Assembly (NCBI GenBank): GCA_039799905.1
Contig: JBDLRP010000001.1
Location: 117,504-149,503, forward strand
Length of the DNA stretch: 32,000 nucleotides
Direction of reading: 5' to 3'
Source: Pseudomonadota bacterium
Lineage (GTDB): Bacteria > Bdellovibrionota_B > Oligoflexia > Silvanigrellales > Silvanigrellaceae
Under the pieces are notes generated by a model, which saw only the letters and a list, made by a program, of their open reading frames with translations, was not told the DNA's origin and made no database searches. The position numbers and the translations under genes are program-made. Below, piece after piece: positions 27,675 through 32,000 of the stretch (its first letter is position 1; each line of letters begins with the position of its first letter).

Positions 27675-28796
27675 ATGGCGAAGCGAACGGTGAGACTTGG
27701 GGACTCAGCCCCGGCCGACCAACACTCTCCGGATGACTCACTATCCCCGTACAATCCGGAAGTCCATGCCAAAATCGCAATGACAGGAGCATCAAGCTTC
27801 CGCGGCCACCTTGTTCTCAAAAGGCTGTGCGAGCTGCCGCACGTCAAGGAAATTCACGTCTTCGACATCAAGGCTCCACTCGTTCATGCCGCGAAGGTTA
27901 TCTTCCACCGCGTTGATCTGACGCGTGACGGAGCCGACGAACTGCTTGCATCCCTGCTCGAGAAAAATTCAATCAAGTGCGTCGTGCACGGCGCGCTTTT
28001 TTCGGGTCCCGGCCGCGGCGGTTCTCACCGGCGCGAGGTGGAAACCATCGGAACATTCCACGTTCTTAATGCTCTTGCAGGAGCCAAGGTTGAACGCTGC
28101 GTCGTGCTGGGAGACACTTTCGTCTACGGGGCGCACAGCCAGAACCCAAACTTCATTTCAGAATCGAGAGCACTCAGACCGCTCGGACCCGATTTTGTCC
28201 GTGCACGCGTCGACGTGGAAGGACAGCTCAAAGAATTTGCCACCGATTATCCCGACTGCGAGGTTTGCATTCTGCGCTTTGCCCCCATTCTCGGACCCAA
28301 TTCAACCAACGTCCGCGCGCGTTATTTTCTTGCAGGGATCATCCCGAAAGTACTGGGCTACGATCCTCTTCTGCAATTCATCCATGAAGACGATGCAGTT
28401 CAGGCCGCGCAACTTGCGATTTTTTCCAAAGCACGCGGAGCATTCAACATCGTCGGCAAGGGGGTACTGCCGCTGAGCACCGGCATCCATCTCTCGGGAC
28501 GCGTCCCTGTGCCCGTGGCGACGCCTGTATGCAGGACTGTCTTCTCAATAGGATTCGCGATGCGGCTGTGGGATTTGCCCTCATCAATGGTGCCGTTCTT
28601 TCAATACATCTGCGTCGCCGATGGTGCGCGTGCTCACAAAGTCCTCGGCTTCGCTCCGCGCTATTCGAGCCGTCAGGCACTCAAGGCGCTTATCGAAGCG
28701 GCACGCCTGCGCAGTGTAGGTTTTTCTCCGCCCTCGTCTGCATTAGGTGAAGAGAAGCCTCTCCGTCAGGACGACGGGTTCGTTCGCGTTTATTGA
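27675..28796 (+). CDS. NAD-dependent epimerase/dehydratase (extended SDR)
   Basis: KIAMTGASSFRGHLVLKRL Rossmann motif, VDLTRD, HVLNALAGAKVERCVVLGDTFVYG and LQFIHEDDAVQAAQLAI. Confidence 0.85.
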   Translation: MAKRTVRLGDSAPADQHSPDDSLSPYNPEVHAKIAMTGASSFRGHLVLKRLCELPHVKEIHVFDIKAPLVHAAKVIFHRVDLTRDGADELLASLLEKNSIKCVVHGALFSGPGRGGSHRREVETIGTFHVLNALAGAKVERCVVLGDTFVYGAHSQNPNFISESRALRPLGPDFVRARVDVEGQLKEFATDYPDCEVCILRFAPILGPNSTNVRARYFLAGIIPKVLGYDPLLQFIHEDDAVQAAQLAIFSKARGAFNIVGKGVLPLSTGIHLSGRVPVPVATPVCRTVFSIGFAMRLWDLPSSMVPFFQYICVADGARAHKVLGFAPRYSSRQALKALIEAARLRSVGFSPPSSALGEEKPLRQDDGFVRVY

Positions 28797-28824
28797 ATTA
28801 TCAGCCGATGGAGCGGGGTAAGCC

Positions 28825-30033
28825 ATGAAAATTTCGAAGCCCACAGATGCGCGCAGCAAAGGCCAGACCGACACCAGTCCGGCCGCCGACAAAGACGAAC
28901 TCATCAGTCTGTCGAGCAATGTGTTTAAGGTGCGGCGAACACTCCTCGAACAGTTCAGCCGCATCGAGCGCGACATGGAAAAGCGCGCGCGACAGCAAAA
29001 AGAGCAGTTCGCTTCAAAAGATGAACTCAAGGGTGTCATTGAGAGGCTGCACGAGTTCCGCGGCGAACTTGATTCAGTCCTGTTGAAAATTGAAGAGCGT
29101 CTGCAGACCTCGGCAGAATCCATCCGCCCCAACCTGCTCGAAAGAAACGAACCGGCAAGTGCGGATATCAACAGCTCGCTGGACGAAATCGTGACCGGAC
29201 TCAATCCGTTCAACCTCCGGCGTAAGTATCACGAGTTCTCGCTGAGCATGCGCAGCGAGGAGGTCGACCTGTTTGGCTTCGATCCGATTTTTGATCGGTT
29301 CGTCCGCCCTGTCTTTGATTTCCTCTACACCAAATATTGGCGCGTCGAGACATACGGAATTTCAAATATTCCGCGTTCGGGCCCTTGTCTGATGGTCGGC
29401 AATCACTCCGGCTCACTTCCCTACGACGCAACGATGCTCAAGATGGCCGTGCTCAAGGAGCATGCCGCTCATCGTGAAGTCAGGTTCATGGTGGAAGATT
29501 TTCTCTTTCACTTTCCCTTTCTGGGCAGCATGATGAACCGCTTCGGCGGAGTACGCGCCAGTCAGGAAAACGCCCAGCAACTTCTTCATGCGCAAATGCC
29601 GGTTGTTGTTTTTCCCGAAGGCGTCAAGGGTCTTGGCAAACTCTACCGCGATAAATATCATCTCGCCCGATTCGGCCGCGGCGGCTTCATTAAATTGTGC
29701 CTGCGCACCGGCGCTCCGCTGGTTCCGGTCGCATTCATCGGTCCTGAGGAAATTCATCCGATGCTCGCGCGCGAGAGTTTTCTCGCTGGAATGCTCGGTA
29801 TACCCTATATACCCATCACACCAACCTTCCCTTTGCTGGGCCCGCTCGGAATGATTCCCCTTCCAAGCAAATGGTTTATCCACATTTTGCCGCCGATTGA
29901 TCTCTCACAGTATGGACCGGATGCCGAAAAAGATCGGGTTCTTGTCTATCGTTTGGCGCAACAGGTGAAGAATCAAATCCAAGAGGTTATCGTTGAGCAG
30001 CTGAAAAACCGCAGAAGTATCTGGTTCGGATAA
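28825..30033 (+). CDS. PlsC-like lysophospholipid acyltransferase family protein
   Basis: 402 aa. VGNHSGSLPYDATML (HxxxxD motif as NHSGSLPYD), FPEGVKGLGKLYRDKYHLARFGRGGFIKL and GAPLVPVAFIGPEE. A roughly 130-aa charged N-terminal region precedes the domain. Confidence 0.88.
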   Translation: MKISKPTDARSKGQTDTSPAADKDELISLSSNVFKVRRTLLEQFSRIERDMEKRARQQKEQFASKDELKGVIERLHEFRGELDSVLLKIEERLQTSAESIRPNLLERNEPASADINSSLDEIVTGLNPFNLRRKYHEFSLSMRSEEVDLFGFDPIFDRFVRPVFDFLYTKYWRVETYGISNIPRSGPCLMVGNHSGSLPYDATMLKMAVLKEHAAHREVRFMVEDFLFHFPFLGSMMNRFGGVRASQENAQQLLHAQMPVVVFPEGVKGLGKLYRDKYHLARFGRGGFIKLCLRTGAPLVPVAFIGPEEIHPMLARESFLAGMLGIPYIPITPTFPLLGPLGMIPLPSKWFIHILPPIDLSQYGPDAEKDRVLVYRLAQQVKNQIQEVIVEQLKNRRSIWFG

Positions 30034-30054
30034 TCTTGCACGGAGGAGTTTCGA

Positions 30055-30906
30055 ATGAACGCTCAACCCACCCTGAGAGTGATTTACAATCAAAAAGGCG
30101 GCGTCGGCAAAACAACTCTTGCCGTCAATCTTGCAGCCTGCTCCGCCCGTTCAGGACAGCGCACGCTGCTGGTCGACACCGATCCCCAAGGCAACTCCAC
30201 GACGCATCTTCTCGGTGCGGATGCGCAGCCGGCCAAATCCATCTCGGATTTTTATGAGAGTTGTCTCGGACTGAATTTATTCCGCCAGAGTTTGCTTGAG
30301 TATGTGACGACTGCAACTGGAGTCGAACATCTTCATCTGGTTGCCGCAGACAGGCGCCTCGAGGAATTGCGCAACAAACTCGAGAATAAACACAAAATCA
30401 TGAAGCTTCGCGACGGAATCCGCTCGACTTCATACGACGCCATTTATTTTGATCCGCCGCCGGCCAACGACTTTTACGCGCTGAGCAGCCTGATTGCGGC
30501 CCACGAAATTCTGGTGCCGATCGACTGCGATGCGTTCAGCGTGCGTGCGGCTCAGGACATTTTTGCAACCATCCGCGAGGTTCAAGCCGATCACAACCCC
30601 GAATTGAAGATTCACGGCGTGGTTGTCAATCAATTTCAAAAGGGTACCAAGCACGCTGCGGCAATCGTCTCGGACCTCAAGAAGCTTGGCTACACCGTGC
30701 TCGAACCTTTTATTCCGTCGAGCATCAAAGTGCGCGAATCCCACTCCGACTCGGTGCCGGTTGTTTGTCAGTTTCCCGAACACCCTGTCTCGCAGGCATT
30801 CAGCGAACTGTTTGAGCGCATTGAAGCTCTCTCTGGCCGCACGATCAGCAAGTCAAAGCCACCACGACGCGGTGCCTCAGCGCGTGAAACTATCGCTGAG
30901 GGGTAA
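30055..30906 (+). CDS. ParA/Soj-like P-loop ATPase
   Basis: 283 aa. Deviant Walker A YNQKGGVGKTTLAVNLAA, TLLVDTDPQGNSTTHLLG, YDAIYFDPPP and GVVVNQFQKGTKH. GGAGG ribosome-binding site 9 nt upstream of the ATG. Confidence 0.88.
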   Translation: MNAQPTLRVIYNQKGGVGKTTLAVNLAACSARSGQRTLLVDTDPQGNSTTHLLGADAQPAKSISDFYESCLGLNLFRQSLLEYVTTATGVEHLHLVAADRRLEELRNKLENKHKIMKLRDGIRSTSYDAIYFDPPPANDFYALSSLIAAHEILVPIDCDAFSVRAAQDIFATIREVQADHNPELKIHGVVVNQFQKGTKHAAAIVSDLKKLGYTVLEPFIPSSIKVRESHSDSVPVVCQFPEHPVSQAFSELFERIEALSGRTISKSKPPRRGASARETIAEG

Positions 30907-30912
30907 TCAGTC

Positions 30913-31869
30913 ATGCGTGGATATTCTCTTCCGTGCGTCTTTTTGTGCGGCCTTAGAGTTGCGGTCACTGCCGGAAGCCTGTTCTTCCACCCGCCCGTCT
31001 TTGCGTCTGATAAAACACCGCTCAGCACGCTGACGGACGGAAGCTTTGAACGGCAGCTGAATGTTCCTCCGCACGAGCAGCTAGAAAACAACAGTCCTCT
31101 TTTTCAAGAGGCTGTCCGCAGCTATCAAAAACTTCCGTTCGACCCCGGCGAACGTATGCGCTTTGTTGTCACATATCTTGGTGTCAGCGGCGGTTCAGCG
31201 GAAGTGATTTTGCAGCCTCCGGTCAAGCGTGCTGAAACATGGGCTCATCGTCTGACCGGCGAGGTCAAGAGCGCGCGCTGGTATCGCTGGATCATGAACA
31301 TTCATGACTCCATCGAGGCGCTCATGATTGATGGTGGAGAAATGGTGCCGTCACGCTTTTACATCAACCAGCAGGAAGGCTCATTTCGACAGAGCAAAAT
31401 CCTTGAATTCGACAGTAAGCAGAATGTGATTCACCAGCAGACAAAGCGTAAAGATCGTGCCGAATCGAAAAACAGCTATCCATTTGCGGCGGGGACCAAA
31501 GACGCGCTCGGCTCGCTCTACTACATCCGCACCCGACTCGCGGCGGGCGGCCCCCCTCCGGCAAATCTCGACGTACCGATCTTCACTTCCGAAAAGACCT
31601 GGACCGGCAAGGCCACTTATTTGGGCTCCGAGAATCGAAAGATTGGGAAAAAGGAATATGATTCTGATGTTTACCGCCTGATTACCACGTTTGGCGGCCT
31701 GATGGAGCAGCGCGGCGATATCAAGATGTGGTTCACCCGCGACGATCGCCGTCTTCCGCTGTATATTGAGGCCAGCGTGCGATTCGGAAACATCAAAGTA
31801 ACTCTCGACGAGTGGGATGCCGGCGACCTGAAAAAAAATCAGTTTCCCGCGGTCCGCCACAACCTCTAA
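30913..31869 (+). CDS. Exported DUF3108-like protein
   Basis: 318 aa. Signal peptide, then MRFVVTYLGVSGGSAEVIL...GEVKSARWYRWIMNIHDSIEALMID... and MWFTRDDRRLPLYIEASVRFGNIKVTLDEW, matching the DUF3108 pattern. Confidence 0.7.
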   Translation: MRGYSLPCVFLCGLRVAVTAGSLFFHPPVFASDKTPLSTLTDGSFERQLNVPPHEQLENNSPLFQEAVRSYQKLPFDPGERMRFVVTYLGVSGGSAEVILQPPVKRAETWAHRLTGEVKSARWYRWIMNIHDSIEALMIDGGEMVPSRFYINQQEGSFRQSKILEFDSKQNVIHQQTKRKDRAESKNSYPFAAGTKDALGSLYYIRTRLAAGGPPPANLDVPIFTSEKTWTGKATYLGSENRKIGKKEYDSDVYRLITTFGGLMEQRGDIKMWFTRDDRRLPLYIEASVRFGNIKVTLDEWDAGDLKKNQFPAVRHNL

Positions 31870-31990
31870 ACACGCAGAATGCCCCTTGACGTCCACTGGG
31901 ACATGTGGTTATCAAGGGCGTTCTATTTGCTATCCAAGGCTGCGTCACATAAAGCGTGACGCTGCTGCCCACACGTAAAGGAAGGTTGTC

Positions 31991-32000
31991 ATGGCAGTAT
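31991..32000 (+). CDS. Possible start of a further CDS running off the window
   Basis: ATGGCAGTAT preceded by AAGGAAGGTTGTC, a plausible ribosome-binding site. Only three codons are visible. Confidence 0.35.

Noticed and set aside
30055-30906. ParA-like ATPase considered as evidence for a plasmid or partition locus
   Set aside because: No ParB, replication initiator or clustered parS-like repeats were seen nearby.
1-32000. CRISPR arrays, tRNA/rRNA genes, insertion sequences and toxin-antitoxin pairs
   Set aside because: Looked for throughout. I saw no regularly spaced repeats, transposase motifs, cloverleaf-like sequences or paired small toxin/antitoxin ORFs. This was reading by eye, so tRNAscan-SE and a repeat finder would be needed to confirm absence.

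Overview
This 32 kb window is gene-dense bacterial chromosome. It looks like core or housekeeping sequence rather than an accessory island. I found no CRISPR array, tRNA, rRNA, transposase, integrase, phage module or recognisable defence system. In order, it carries: the 3' end of an M3/oligoendopeptidase F gene; a purine-salvage pair (purine nucleoside phosphorylase, hypoxanthine phosphoribosyltransferase); two small exported proteins; an 860-aa exported protein with two CxxCH haem-type motifs; an SLT-like lipoprotein; rlmN; an alpha/beta hydrolase; a DUF4336-like protein; a secreted HEWGH metallopeptidase; prs; a NifS/IscS-type cysteine desulfurase; lon; rpmB with a perfect bidirectional terminator; a pstS-pstC-pstA-pstB phosphate operon with a Pho-box-like direct repeat upstream; a GYF-like membrane protein; an HNH endonuclease; a dus family gene; an epimerase; a PlsC-like acyltransferase; an orphan ParA-like ATPase; and a DUF3108-like protein. 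The points most worth a second look are the Pho-box-like repeat, the enlarged PstC and PstA periplasmic regions with no adjacent phoU, the GYF-TM-CxxC protein, the 860-aa haem protein, and the acyltransferase/orphan ParA/DUF3108 cluster. I cannot support a claim that any of these is a previously undescribed system without database searches.
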